A DNA stretch of 64,000 bases from an uncultured Methanomicrobiales archaeon (GTDB taxonomy: Archaea; Halobacteriota; Methanomicrobia; Methanomicrobiales; Methanospirillaceae): NCBI GenBank assembly GCA_963697895.1, contig OY969100.1, positions 1,184,001-1,248,000 of the forward strand, written 5' to 3'. Under the pieces are notes generated by a model that was not told the DNA's origin, searched no databases, and saw nothing but the letters and a program-made list of their open reading frames with translations. Position 1 is the stretch's first letter. Each line of letters opens with the position of its first letter. Positions 52,589 through 62,673 of the stretch are shown here, one piece after another. A program made the position numbers and the translations under genes.

Positions 52589-53188
52589 TCATTTTCCTTT
52601 CCGGTAGAACCCGAACGGGTCCCGGAAATTGATGAACCCGTGGCTCTTCTGCCGGGGAAAGACCCCTTCTGCAGCGGTCCGCACATCTTCGATCGAGTAG
52701 AACGCCCCCGGCTGGTAGGTGTTCACGATCCCGATCGCCTTCGGCAGGTCCTGGCGCTTGATGATCAGGAAGATGACTTTCACCTTCCCGCTCGCTCCCT
52801 CTGCTTCCATGTTCGTCACCCCGAATCCCTCACCCCTGAGGGCAGCGGCGAGTTCGGTCGCTTCCTTCTGGGTGATGACCCGCAGACTCACCATCCCGAG
52901 CGAGAGGCGCTCCTCAACTTTCATGCCGACGAACGTACCGGTTGCAAACCCGGCACCGTACGCGATATAGGAGGCGGCATTGGTGATGTTCTGCATCACC
53001 TGGCCGATAGCGAGGAGCCAGATGATCACCTCGAAAAACCCGATTACCGGGGCGATGTACTTGAACCCTTTCGAGATGAAGATGACCCGGATCGTCCCGA
53101 GACTGACATCGGCGACCCGGGCGGAGAAGATCAGGAGCGGCAGGATCACCCAGGCAAAGACCTCGTTATTGGCAGTAAGTTCCAGCAC
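52589..53188 (-). CDS. DUF2179/DUF5698 membrane protein
   Basis: RVADVSLGTIR, GFFEVIIW, GFATGTFVG, GFGVT. Confidence 0.85.
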   Translation of the reverse strand: MLELTANNEVFAWVILPLLIFSARVADVSLGTIRVIFISKGFKYIAPVIGFFEVIIWLLAIGQVMQNITNAASYIAYGAGFATGTFVGMKVEERLSLGMVSLRVITQKEATELAAALRGEGFGVTNMEAEGASGKVKVIFLIIKRQDLPKAIGIVNTYQPGAFYSIEDVRTAAEGVFPRQKSHGFINFRDPFGFYRKGK

Positions 53189-53229
53189 CAGTGGATCACC
53201 GGGAATTTTACTAACAGTATGGGAGCTGA

Positions 53230-53420
53230 TCCGGAATTAAAGGATATGGTGCATCTCTCCCGAAGGAAACAGAATCCGGCCTTCCGGAATTAAAGGATAT
53301 AGGAACTCTCCCGAAGAAACAGAATCCGGCCTTCCGGAATTAAAGGATATGGTGCATCTATCCCGAAGGAAACAGAATCCGGCCTTCCGGAATTAAGGAT
53401 ATAGGCACTCTCCCGAAGGA
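53230..53420. repeat. Tandem repeat, ~3.7 copies of a 50-53 bp unit in A-B-A-B order
   Basis: TCCGGAATTAA(A)GGATAT starts at 53230, 53283, 53333 and 53386. Confidence 0.9.
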
Positions 53421-53466
53421 CCGATTTAAGAGACAAAGACAATCCTGTCATCCCGGTTTTATCCTT

Positions 53467-54735
53467 TTACAGCCATCCCCGGTACCGCATTGCCTGTACC
53501 ACCCGTTTCACCGCGATCGCATACGACACCTGTCGCATCGGAACCTTGTCCTTCGATGCGACCTCCCAGACCATACGGAAGGTATCGACCATCTTCTTCT
53601 CCATCCGCCGCTCGACCTTCTCCCGATCCCAGTGTTCCATGTTGGCGTTCTGTACCATCTCATAGTATGAGACGACGACCCCCCCCGCATTGCAGAGGAA
53701 GTCCGGTATGATGGGAATGCCCCGCGCCTGGAGGATGCTGTCGGCTTCCGTCGTCACCGGCCCGTTGGCGAATTCGGCAATAACACGTGCCCGGATCCGA
53801 TCCGCATTTTTCGCGGTGATCACGTGTTCCAGGGCGGCAGGGACGAGGATGTCCACATCGAGTTCGAGAAGTGCTTCATTCGTGATCTTCTCCGTACCGG
53901 GGAAGTCACGGACCATCCCGGTCTTCTGTTTGTGTTCCATGACCTTCTGGATATCCAGCCCGCCCGGGTGGTAGATCCCTCCCTGGCTGTCGCTGACCGC
54001 CACCACCCGGCACCCGAACTCCCGCTGCCCGATCAGTGCGGCATGTGCACCGACATTCCCAAAGCCCTGGATGGCGATCGATGCCTTATCCGGTTCCATC
54101 GCAAACTCCTTCGCCGCCTCCCGGAGGACATACCACCCGCCCCGGGCGGTTGCATCATCCCTCCCTTCGGATCCGCCGAGTGACTCGGGCTTTCCGGTTA
54201 CCACCCCGAAGGTTGTCTTCCCCGAGATCCGCGAGTACTCGTCCATCATCCAGGCCATCACCTGTGGATTCGTGTAGACGTCCGGAGCAGGGACGTCTCG
54301 ATCCGGTCCGATGAACTGGTAAATCGCCTGGATATACGCCCGGGAAAGCCGCTCGATCTCCCGCGGGGACATCGCCTTCGGGTTGCATACCACCCCGCCC
54401 TTCGCACCCCCGAGCGGGAGGTCGTAGAGTGCACACTTCCAGGTCATCAGTGCCGCAAGCCCCCGGATGGTATCGATCGTCTCCTCCGGGTGAAACCGGA
54501 TCCCTCCCTTGGTCGGTCCGAGTGCATCGTTGTACTGCACGCGGAATCCCTGGAATGCCCGGATAGTTCCGTCGTCCATGCGGACCGGGATGGATACGTG
54601 GAGTTCCCGCATCGGCATCTTCAGGATCGTCTCCGCATTCGGGGTGATCTGGAGATCGATGGAACAGGCACATATATTCGCTTTCACCATATCGAAGAGG
54701 TTATGGTTATTCACCGGTTTTTGGGGCGCATCCAT
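53467..54735 (-). CDS. gdhA: Glutamate dehydrogenase (Glu/Leu/Phe/Val family)
   Basis: [42 protein letters not shown]. Confidence 0.92.
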   Translation of the reverse strand: MDAPQKPVNNHNLFDMVKANICACSIDLQITPNAETILKMPMRELHVSIPVRMDDGTIRAFQGFRVQYNDALGPTKGGIRFHPEETIDTIRGLAALMTWKCALYDLPLGGAKGGVVCNPKAMSPREIERLSRAYIQAIYQFIGPDRDVPAPDVYTNPQVMAWMMDEYSRISGKTTFGVVTGKPESLGGSEGRDDATARGGWYVLREAAKEFAMEPDKASIAIQGFGNVGAHAALIGQREFGCRVVAVSDSQGGIYHPGGLDIQKVMEHKQKTGMVRDFPGTEKITNEALLELDVDILVPAALEHVITAKNADRIRARVIAEFANGPVTTEADSILQARGIPIIPDFLCNAGGVVVSYYEMVQNANMEHWDREKVERRMEKKMVDTFRMVWEVASKDKVPMRQVSYAIAVKRVVQAMRYRGWL

Positions 54736-54861
54736 GGTACAACCTAACCGAGCCGTTTATTCATAAAGTCTATCGAGAAGAGCGGAATTCTTCGCGGGCA
54801 TTTACCCTTCTGTCGCGACAAGCGGATAAATCCGGAGACCGGGAGAAAAAGGTGAATGTAT

Positions 54862-55710
54862 CTAAATCCGGGAATCGAGGAGATCGCGGATCTTCTCTTC
54901 CCGGTCTCCGGCCTTTGCCTCTGGCGGTGCAAATCGTTCCGAGAAGGTCGGCATCTCTTTTTCATAGAATACCCCGAGGCCGATGGGTGCGTCGGTGTTG
55001 TAATCCCACTCCCGGGATCGCCTGAACGCAGCATTGAAATCCCCTGTATCGTGATCCGTGAGATCGTAGACCAGTTTGTCGTACTGCGCCGACATGTTGA
55101 AGTAGGTCGCACAGATCTGCAACACGTCGATGAACGCAAAGCCCTTGTATCGGACTCCCTTATCAAGAATCTCCTGCAACCCCGGAAGTCGCCGCGTATA
55201 CCCCCTCGCAACGAACCCCGCCCCGCTTGCGAGCATGAGTTCGAGGGGATTGAACGGGAGCTCTTTTGTCCCCTGCGGTGTAGACCGGCCATGGAATCCG
55301 AGCGGTGACGTGGGGGTGTACTGTCCGGTCGTGAGTCCGTAAACCCGGTTATTATGGACGATGAGCGTGACGTCGATATTCCGCTTCGCAGCAAAGATAA
55401 GGTGATCGAGCCCCTCCGCGTAACAGTCCCCGTCGCCTGCACAGCAGATCACCGTGAGCTCGGGCCGGGCCAGTTTGATCGCGGTCGCAACCGGCAGGGT
55501 CCGGCCGTGGATGGAATAAAAACTGTTGATATCCAGATAGTCGGCCATCTTCGCGTGGCACCCGATCCCGGTGACGAGCACGATCTCCTCGAGCGGTGTC
55601 CCTTCTTTCACCATGCCCAGGATCACGTCCTTCAGCTTGTGCTGGATTGAAAAATTCCCGCATCCGGGGCACCAGGTGTTCTGCGCCGCGGTGATCAGAT
55701 CCCCGGTCAT
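54862..55710 (-). CDS. 2-oxoacid:ferredoxin oxidoreductase beta subunit (KorB-like)
   Basis: WCPGCGN, GIGC, HGRTLP, GDGD..NNRVYGLTTGQ. Confidence 0.92.
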   Translation of the reverse strand: MTGDLITAAQNTWCPGCGNFSIQHKLKDVILGMVKEGTPLEEIVLVTGIGCHAKMADYLDINSFYSIHGRTLPVATAIKLARPELTVICCAGDGDCYAEGLDHLIFAAKRNIDVTLIVHNNRVYGLTTGQYTPTSPLGFHGRSTPQGTKELPFNPLELMLASGAGFVARGYTRRLPGLQEILDKGVRYKGFAFIDVLQICATYFNMSAQYDKLVYDLTDHDTGDFNAAFRRSREWDYNTDAPIGLGVFYEKEMPTFSERFAPPEAKAGDREEKIRDLLDSRI

Positions 55711-57356
55711 GCGATCACCCGTCCGACTTCGGCTTCCAGTTCATCTACGGAGAACGGCCTGCCGTCATACCGGTGTATCTGATCCTGGACGGAGAAGCCA
55801 TACCGCATGATGAGCGTCGCGAGCTGGCCGTTTACATTGTCTTCCACGGCGATCAGGCGTTTCACTCCCTGAAGCGCCGCCCGGAATTGTTCCACCGGGA
55901 ACGGGGTGAGAACGATCGGCTGGATCGCCCGGATTTTTAGCTTTCCGGCGACCTCCCGGCAGACTCCCCGGTTCGAACCCCAGCAGAGCAGGGCAACCGG
56001 AGCGGATGGCGGGCCGGATATCGACACGCCTTCCAGGCCTTTCACGGCCATTTCCAGCGATCGCTCCTTTCTCATCCGCTTCTCGACCATCTTCTTCGCG
56101 ATCTCCTTATTTTCTGTCGTGATCCCGTTTTCGACATGTGTATAACCGTTGGCCTTGATTGCCGCACCCTGCAGGGGAGGAAACCGGGCCGGGGAGACCC
56201 CGGACGGAGTGTCGGCATACCGGTGATACGGGGTTTCCGCGGGCTCGTTCAGTTCCGGTATCCGGTATTCCGGCACCGCTTCCCGGTCGAAGCTGTAGGT
56301 CCCTTCACAGACCGTTTTGTCTCCGAGGATTATCGCCGGCACCTGGTACTGCCAGGCGAGCTGCACGGCGACCGAGGACCAGGTGCATGCCTGTTCCGCA
56401 TCTCCGGGGGCGACAACGAACCGCGGGAACTCTCCCTGGCCGGCATGGAGGACGAAGAAGAGATCGGTCTGGGCGGTATACGTCGGAAGTCCCGTGCTCG
56501 GCCCGGTCCGCTGCCCCATCACCACGACGACCGGAAGCTCGGCCTGACCGGAGAGCGAAAACCCCTCGGTCATCAGGCAGAACCCGCCTCCCGATGTGCC
56601 GACCGCCGTCTTTTTCCCGGCGTATGCAAACCCGAGCGCCATGAGCATGACCGCGATCTCGTTCTCCGGGTGCACGACCGTAAGGGAGAAGGTATCGGCC
56701 TGCTCCGCGAGAAAATGAAGGATGTTTGAGGTCGGGGTCATCGGATACGCCACGTACGCATCCAGCCCGCCCCGGATCATCCCGATCCCGATCGCCTCGT
56801 TTCCCGTAACGGCCGGAAGGGGGGGCCGGTTCAGCGGGGGCACGGCATGGCGCACTTCTGCCGCATCATACCCCCGGCGGGCGACCTTCAGGTTCAGGTC
56901 GGTCGCCTTCGGGAGGTGTTTCCGGAACACCTCCTCGAGGACCTCCCAGGATATCCCCGCGGCGCAGGCGAAAGCACCGATCATACAGGTGTTGGTCATG
57001 ATATCGGGCGCCTGCTCCTCTTTCAGGATCTCATTGACATCCAGCCCAACCCCTTCGGCACTTGCACGGTACGAGTCGTACACGATGACCGTCTCCGGAC
57101 CGGTCACGTCCCGGTGCAGGTCGACGGTGTCCTGGTTCAGCGCGATGATAAAATCGGCCCGGTTCCGGTGAGCTCCGATCTTCTGTTCGCTCGCGCGGAT
57201 GACCGCAAAGTTATGTCCCCCCTTGATGAGCGAGGGGTAATCGAAATACATGTAGGTGTAGTACCCGAGACGGCCGAAGAGACGGGCAACGGTTGCTCCC
57301 GCGACATTGATCCCCTCCCCTGCTTTTCCGCCGATCACCACCGAGATATCCTGCAT
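55707..57356 (-). CDS. 2-oxoacid:ferredoxin oxidoreductase alpha subunit (KorA-like, gamma-fused)
   Basis: IGGKAGEGI, YPMTPTS, ENEIA, GPSTGLPT; 4-bp overlap with the beta gene. Confidence 0.92.
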   Translation of the reverse strand: MQDISVVIGGKAGEGINVAGATVARLFGRLGYYTYMYFDYPSLIKGGHNFAVIRASEQKIGAHRNRADFIIALNQDTVDLHRDVTGPETVIVYDSYRASAEGVGLDVNEILKEEQAPDIMTNTCMIGAFACAAGISWEVLEEVFRKHLPKATDLNLKVARRGYDAAEVRHAVPPLNRPPLPAVTGNEAIGIGMIRGGLDAYVAYPMTPTSNILHFLAEQADTFSLTVVHPENEIAVMLMALGFAYAGKKTAVGTSGGGFCLMTEGFSLSGQAELPVVVVMGQRTGPSTGLPTYTAQTDLFFVLHAGQGEFPRFVVAPGDAEQACTWSSVAVQLAWQYQVPAIILGDKTVCEGTYSFDREAVPEYRIPELNEPAETPYHRYADTPSGVSPARFPPLQGAAIKANGYTHVENGITTENKEIAKKMVEKRMRKERSLEMAVKGLEGVSISGPPSAPVALLCWGSNRGVCREVAGKLKIRAIQPIVLTPFPVEQFRAALQGVKRLIAVEDNVNGQLATLIMRYGFSVQDQIHRYDGRPFSVDELEAEVGRVIA

Positions 57357-57667
57357 CGAATCACCACTCTTCCCATGGGGGAGCCGCGATATAAAAGTTC
57401 CCCGGGATAACCGGGCGGCTCTGACTCCCGCGAAACAGGAGTACCACTGCGATATCCAAAAGGATACGTATATCCGCTCATACAGGAAATTTTCTGCGAT
57501 ACTAACGGAACAGCCCGTATTTTTGCACCTACCGAAAATCCGGGTTGTAGCCGGAGACGACCGTATATCCTGAATAAAATTTTCCGAACAGAGATTGTTC
57601 CCGTTTACCCAAGCCATTCTGAAATTAAAATCCAAAAAATTATTTCTTCCTGCGGCGATTGTTCGAC

Positions 57668-58285
57668 ATGCCGCTGACCCGAAAAGGGTACCTTCTCCTC
57701 GGCCTCATTGTCGCCCTTTTTGCTGCGGTTACCGCGCTCGCCCTTTCGACACCGTTCTATTATACCTCCCCGCTGGGGGTGGCCATCCGGTTGTTCGGGC
57801 TGTACGGGTTTCTCATGATCGCCGTTGCCCTCATGTTGACCCCGTTTCTTTCTGCGGTGTACCGGACCTTCGGCAGGCCCTTCCTCAAAATCCACCATTT
57901 CTTTGCAATATCCGGGATTGTGCTCATCACGCTCCATCCGGTCTCGTTCGCCGTCCTGGTCATGACCCCGGTCGTATTTATCCCCAGTATACAGTCATGG
58001 ATCGATTTCTGGGTCAATGCAGGGAGAGCCGCACTCATTGTCCTCTATGTTGCGGTGATCGCGGTCCTGCTCCGCAGGAGAATCAGGCACTGGAGATATC
58101 TGCATGCGCTGATGTACCTCGTCCTCCTGCTTGCGATCGTCCATGCGAACCTGATCGGCACCGACTTCGTGAACACCGGGATCCGGGTGATCTATGATTC
58201 CCTCTTCATCGGGGTCGTTATCGTCTTCTTGCTCAGTCTTCGGAGGAAACTCTCCCAGAGAACCGCCCGGCACCAGACGAAATAA
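57668..58285 (+). CDS. Ferric reductase-like (MsrQ/YedZ-type) transmembrane protein
   Basis: About six TMs; KIHHFFAISGIVLITLH (H-X13-H) and WRYLHALMYLVLLLAIVH (H-X12-H). Confidence 0.8.
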   Translation: MPLTRKGYLLLGLIVALFAAVTALALSTPFYYTSPLGVAIRLFGLYGFLMIAVALMLTPFLSAVYRTFGRPFLKIHHFFAISGIVLITLHPVSFAVLVMTPVVFIPSIQSWIDFWVNAGRAALIVLYVAVIAVLLRRRIRHWRYLHALMYLVLLLAIVHANLIGTDFVNTGIRVIYDSLFIGVVIVFLLSLRRKLSQRTARHQTK

Positions 58286-58354
58286 GAACTCCGCGATCAG
58301 GGTATCGTCCTGACCGTCAGACTTCTATAGACGGGCGCAGATCATTGAGAACAA

Positions 58355-60088
58355 ATGACCGAAACAGAACCGGGAGCGATCGGTATTCCGCCGGTCCATC
58401 ACCATGATTGCATCATCATCGGCGGAGGACTGACCGGTCTCCGGGCGGCACTCGAGATCTCCGGTGCCGGTTACGATGTCGCCGTTCTTTCAAAGGTCCA
58501 CCCGCTTCGTTCGCATTCCGTGGCAGCCCAGGGAGGGATCAATGCCGCCCTCGGAAATGCCGCTGAGGGGAGAGACGATTCCTGGGAGGCCCATGCGTAC
58601 GATACCGTGAAAGGCTCGGATTATCTTGCAGACCAGGATGCGGTGGCCGTGATGTGCAGGGACGCACCCAGGGCCGTGATCGAACTGGAACATATGGGTA
58701 CCGTATTCTCCCGGGATGAAGAAGGAAAGATTGCGCAACGGCCGTTCGGAGGTGCGGGATTTCCCCGGACGTGTTATGCCGCGGACAGGACCGGCCATAA
58801 TCTCCTCCATACGATCTACGAGCAGCTGGTCTCCCGGAAGATCCCGGTATATGAAGAGTTCTTCGTGACGTCGCTCGTGAAGGAGGATGCCCGGTGCGTC
58901 GGGTGTGTTGCGCTCGAGCTCGTGACCGGCATCCTGCATGCATTCGGATCAAAAGCCACCCTTCTCGCGACCGGAGGGTTCGGCCGGATCTACAACCGTT
59001 CGACAAACGCACTGATCAACACCGGAGAAGGGGCAGCACTTGCATTCCGTGCCGGGGTGCCGCTGAAGGACATGGAATTCGTCCAGTTCCATCCGACCTC
59101 CCTCTGCGGGACGAACATCCTGATCTCCGAGGCAGCCCGGGGTGAAGGCGGCATACTCCTGAACCGGAACGGGGAACGGTTTATGGAGCGGTATGCCCCG
59201 CAGTCTGTGGACCTTGCACCACGAGACGTGGTTGCCCGGGCGATCCAGACCGAAATAAACGAGGGAAGGGGGTTTGACGGGGAGTATGTGCACCTCGACC
59301 TGACGAATCTTGGCGCCGACCTGATCGAGACACGGCTTCCGGGCATCCGCCAGATCTCGATAGATTTTGCATCGGTCGACCCTGTCGACGAACCGATACC
59401 CATACAGCCCGCCCAGCATTATTCGATGGGGGGTATCGATGTGAACGGAGAAGGGGAAACCCTGCTGCCCGGCCTCTACGCCGCGGGAGAATGCGCCTGT
59501 GTCAGCGTGCACGGAGCGAACCGGCTCGGGGGGAATTCTCTCCTCGACACCGTCGTATTCGGGCGGATCGTCGCCCGGAAGATCATCGGGGACATCGCCG
59601 GAAAGGAGGGACCACTGCAGGAACCGCTGTATAGTGGACTGTATGAGATGAAGAAAAATATTGATGCGATACTCTCCCGTTCGGATGGGGAGCTCCTTTA
59701 CCCGATCAGAAATGAGCTGAAACAGACGATGTTCGCCCATTTCGGCATTTTCCGGAGCGAGAAGCAGATGATCGAAGGACTTCGCCGGTTAAAAGGATTG
59801 CAGGAACGGTCCAGGCAGGTGGTGATCCGGAACAAAGGGCGGATATTCAACCAGGCGCTCCTGCAGGTGCTCGAACTCGAGGGTATGCTGCTCCTCGCCG
59901 AGATCGTCGCGAAAGGAGCCCTCGAGCGGAGGGAGAGCAGGGGATCGCATATGCGGACGGATTATCCGAACCGGGACGATACCGGATTCCTGAAGCATAC
60001 CGTAGCCACGGAGGCTGACGGTGAGGTGAGCATAGGGTATGCACCGGTGAGGATGGGGATCTTCAAACCGGAGGAGCGGGTGTACTGA
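58355..60088 (+). CDS. sdhA: Succinate dehydrogenase/fumarate reductase flavoprotein subunit
   Basis: RSHSVAAQGG (covalent FAD His), MEFVQFHPT, HYSMGG, HGANRLGGNSL, RRESRGSH. Confidence 0.93.
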   Translation: MTETEPGAIGIPPVHHHDCIIIGGGLTGLRAALEISGAGYDVAVLSKVHPLRSHSVAAQGGINAALGNAAEGRDDSWEAHAYDTVKGSDYLADQDAVAVMCRDAPRAVIELEHMGTVFSRDEEGKIAQRPFGGAGFPRTCYAADRTGHNLLHTIYEQLVSRKIPVYEEFFVTSLVKEDARCVGCVALELVTGILHAFGSKATLLATGGFGRIYNRSTNALINTGEGAALAFRAGVPLKDMEFVQFHPTSLCGTNILISEAARGEGGILLNRNGERFMERYAPQSVDLAPRDVVARAIQTEINEGRGFDGEYVHLDLTNLGADLIETRLPGIRQISIDFASVDPVDEPIPIQPAQHYSMGGIDVNGEGETLLPGLYAAGECACVSVHGANRLGGNSLLDTVVFGRIVARKIIGDIAGKEGPLQEPLYSGLYEMKKNIDAILSRSDGELLYPIRNELKQTMFAHFGIFRSEKQMIEGLRRLKGLQERSRQVVIRNKGRIFNQALLQVLELEGMLLLAEIVAKGALERRESRGSHMRTDYPNRDDTGFLKHTVATEADGEVSIGYAPVRMGIFKPEERVY

Positions 60089-60846
60089 TGCTGTTCAAAA
60101 TATTCCGTTCGGACGGTTCGGGAGGGCAGTCGCGATATGACGACTTTTCACTCGCCGCTACTCCCGGCATGACCGTACTGGCTGCGTTGTTTGAAATCAG
60201 TGAGCAGTTTGACGAATCTCTTGCTTTCCGGTACTCCTGCCGGGGAGCCGCCTGCGGCACCTGTGCAATGCTGATCAACAGGGTCCCGCGGCTGGCATGC
60301 AGGACCCAGGTGGCTTCCCTTATCTCCGGAACCGATATCATCAGCCTGAAACCCTTTACGGTGATCGAACAGACGATACCGTGGAATCCGGCAACCGAAG
60401 TCCTTCTCGAGCCGCTCCCGCACCTGCCGGTGATACGGGACCTCGTGGTGGATATGAAACGGTTCTTTGAGTTCTACCTCCTCACCGAACCGGTACTCCG
60501 GCCGGCAGACCCTGCCCCTGATAAGGAGCGGCTCATGAGCCCGTACGATGTCCGGGCACTGGAGACCTACACCACCTGTATCCTCTGTGCCGCCTGCTTC
60601 GGGGCATGCCCCGTGAACGGGCAGAATGCGGAATACTGGGGTCCTGCGGCACTTGCCAAGCTCTACCGGTTTCATATCGATCCCCGGGAGGCGGGAGACG
60701 GATCACGGCTGCTCCGGGCCGATCGCCAGGAGGGATGGTGGGCATGCGAATTCCACGGGAACTGCGCCCGCGTCTGCCCGAAGAATGTTCCCCCGAATAT
60801 CGCGATCGGGAAAGCACGACAGGAGTTGCAAAAACGGAAAAAATGA
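60088..60846 (+). CDS. sdhB: Succinate dehydrogenase/fumarate reductase iron-sulfur subunit
   Basis: SCRGAACGTC..LAC, CILCAACFGACP, CEFHGNCARVCP. Confidence 0.93.
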   Translation: MLFKIFRSDGSGGQSRYDDFSLAATPGMTVLAALFEISEQFDESLAFRYSCRGAACGTCAMLINRVPRLACRTQVASLISGTDIISLKPFTVIEQTIPWNPATEVLLEPLPHLPVIRDLVVDMKRFFEFYLLTEPVLRPADPAPDKERLMSPYDVRALETYTTCILCAACFGACPVNGQNAEYWGPAALAKLYRFHIDPREAGDGSRLLRADRQEGWWACEFHGNCARVCPKNVPPNIAIGKARQELQKRKK

Positions 60847-60966
60847 ATATAATCTCAGCACATGCCTGTGGCGGGTGCCCACGTATATATCGGTTCCCGC
60901 GCTATCCCTGCATATGACGGGGGTAACCATGACCGACCGGGGGGGGCACAGTTGATAATACCGGGC

Positions 60967-62517
60967 ATGATCGCGATCGGTGGAATGGCAATGATTGCCG
61001 TATCGCTGGTAGCAAAGAACAGTCCCCGCGAAGACGAAATCGATGCGATCATCCAGCGTGATTCCGGGCAACTTATCACCGCTCTGCAGGAGCTTGTCCG
61101 GATCCGGAGCGTAGCGGGTGATCCCGCACCGGACGCACCCTTCGGGCAGGGCCCGGCGGAAGCGCTCCGGAAGGCCCTCGAAATAGCGGCAGGTCTCGGG
61201 TTCAGAACGGTGAATCTGGATAACTACATCGGGTATGCAGAATATGGTGCCGGGGACGAGTATGTCGCCGTCCTCGGACACCTGGATACCGTCCCCGTGG
61301 GAGGGAACTGGACGCATGCACCGTTCGGAGGAGAACTGACTGAAGATCGTATCTACGGCCGGGGGGCGCTCGATGACAAGGGACCGGTTCTTGCTGCCCT
61401 TTTCGGGCTGAAGGCGGTAGTGGAGAGCGGCCTTTCCCTTTCCCGGAAGGTACGGGTGATCTTCGGCACGAACGAGGAGACCGGGAGCCTTGACGTCCGG
61501 CATTATCTCTCTGTCGAAAAGCCGCCGGTAACAGGATTTACCCCTGATGCCGACTTCCCGGTTGTTTTTGCCGAGAAGGGGATCCTCTGGATCGTGCTGG
61601 AGAAGACCCTCGCCCCCTCGTACTCCGGCCCGGTGCTTCGGAGGATGAGCGGGGGGATCGCGGTGAATATGGTCCCGGATGCAGCTTTTGCCGAATTACA
61701 GACGGAGAATGCAGAGGATCTCATGCAGAAGTGCGAGGATTTCTCCCGGAGTACCGGATATCACCTTCACGCCCGGCAGGAAGGAGACGGGGTGGTAATC
61801 CGGTCGGAAGGGCTGAGCGCCCATGCCTCGACCCCGGAGAAGGGAAAAAATGCGATCATGCAGCTCATCGCCTTCCTCGCAACACTGGACCCGGGGTATT
61901 CCGATGCGTTCGATGCGATCCGGTTCTTTGACCGGTGCATCGGGAAGGAGACGACCGGGAGATCGTTCGGGCTCGGGATCTCCGATATGCGTTCCGGAGC
62001 ACTCACCCTGAACGCCGGCCGGATCGAAGTAACCGATACCCGGTTCAGCTTCACCCTCGATATCCGGTACCCGGTCACGTTCCACCGGGAGGCAGTGATG
62101 GACCGGGTGAAGATCGCGATCCGGAGGAGCGGTTTCTCTGTTTCCATCGAAAAGTACGATCCCCCGATCTATCACCCCGTGGATTCGCCGCTCATAGAGA
62201 CCCTCCTGGAGGTATACCGGAGCTGCGAGGGGGACAAGTCCCCACCGGTCGCGATCGGGGGCGGTACCTATGCGCGGAGTCTCCCTCATATCGTTGCGTT
62301 CGGCCCCTATCGTCCCGGCCAGGAACTCTCCATCCATTCCCGGGATGAATTCATCACCCGGAACGAGTTGATCGCCGATGCACGGATCTATGCCCATGCC
62401 ATCTATGCGCTCGCAAAAGGCCTTCCCCCGACAGAGAGCGGGATGATATCCGGAGAAAAGGACGAAACGGCCGAAATGCCGGTTGAGCCGGTGGATAACC
62501 AGACACCCGAACCGTGA
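60967..62517 (+). CDS. pepV: M20 family dipeptidase (PepV-like); start uncertain, possibly 60929
   Basis: GHLDTVP, YGRGALDDKGP, TNEETG, FTPDADFP, GGGTYAR. Confidence 0.85.
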   Translation: MIAIGGMAMIAVSLVAKNSPREDEIDAIIQRDSGQLITALQELVRIRSVAGDPAPDAPFGQGPAEALRKALEIAAGLGFRTVNLDNYIGYAEYGAGDEYVAVLGHLDTVPVGGNWTHAPFGGELTEDRIYGRGALDDKGPVLAALFGLKAVVESGLSLSRKVRVIFGTNEETGSLDVRHYLSVEKPPVTGFTPDADFPVVFAEKGILWIVLEKTLAPSYSGPVLRRMSGGIAVNMVPDAAFAELQTENAEDLMQKCEDFSRSTGYHLHARQEGDGVVIRSEGLSAHASTPEKGKNAIMQLIAFLATLDPGYSDAFDAIRFFDRCIGKETTGRSFGLGISDMRSGALTLNAGRIEVTDTRFSFTLDIRYPVTFHREAVMDRVKIAIRRSGFSVSIEKYDPPIYHPVDSPLIETLLEVYRSCEGDKSPPVAIGGGTYARSLPHIVAFGPYRPGQELSIHSRDEFITRNELIADARIYAHAIYALAKGLPPTESGMISGEKDETAEMPVEPVDNQTPEP

Positions 62518-62673
62518 AATATAACAGGCGAAAAGGATTCGATTATTGTTTCTCCGTTTCCCCGGCATGATTTTCCTAGGGGAGAAATTTTAGGGTATGC
62601 CCGAAGGGGTTTTCGCGAAAAAGGACGAAGGAATGATTTCCCTGAAGATGGTCTTCCCGAACGGGAATGGGTT

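Noticed and set aside
53230-53420. Possible CRISPR array
   Set aside because: No unique spacers: the variable parts are two alternating related variants, and there are no cas genes in the window.
58355-60846. Thiol:fumarate reductase TfrAB
   Set aside because: The Fe-S subunit is 252 aa with no CCG domains, and the flavoprotein has the complex II covalent-FAD His motif.
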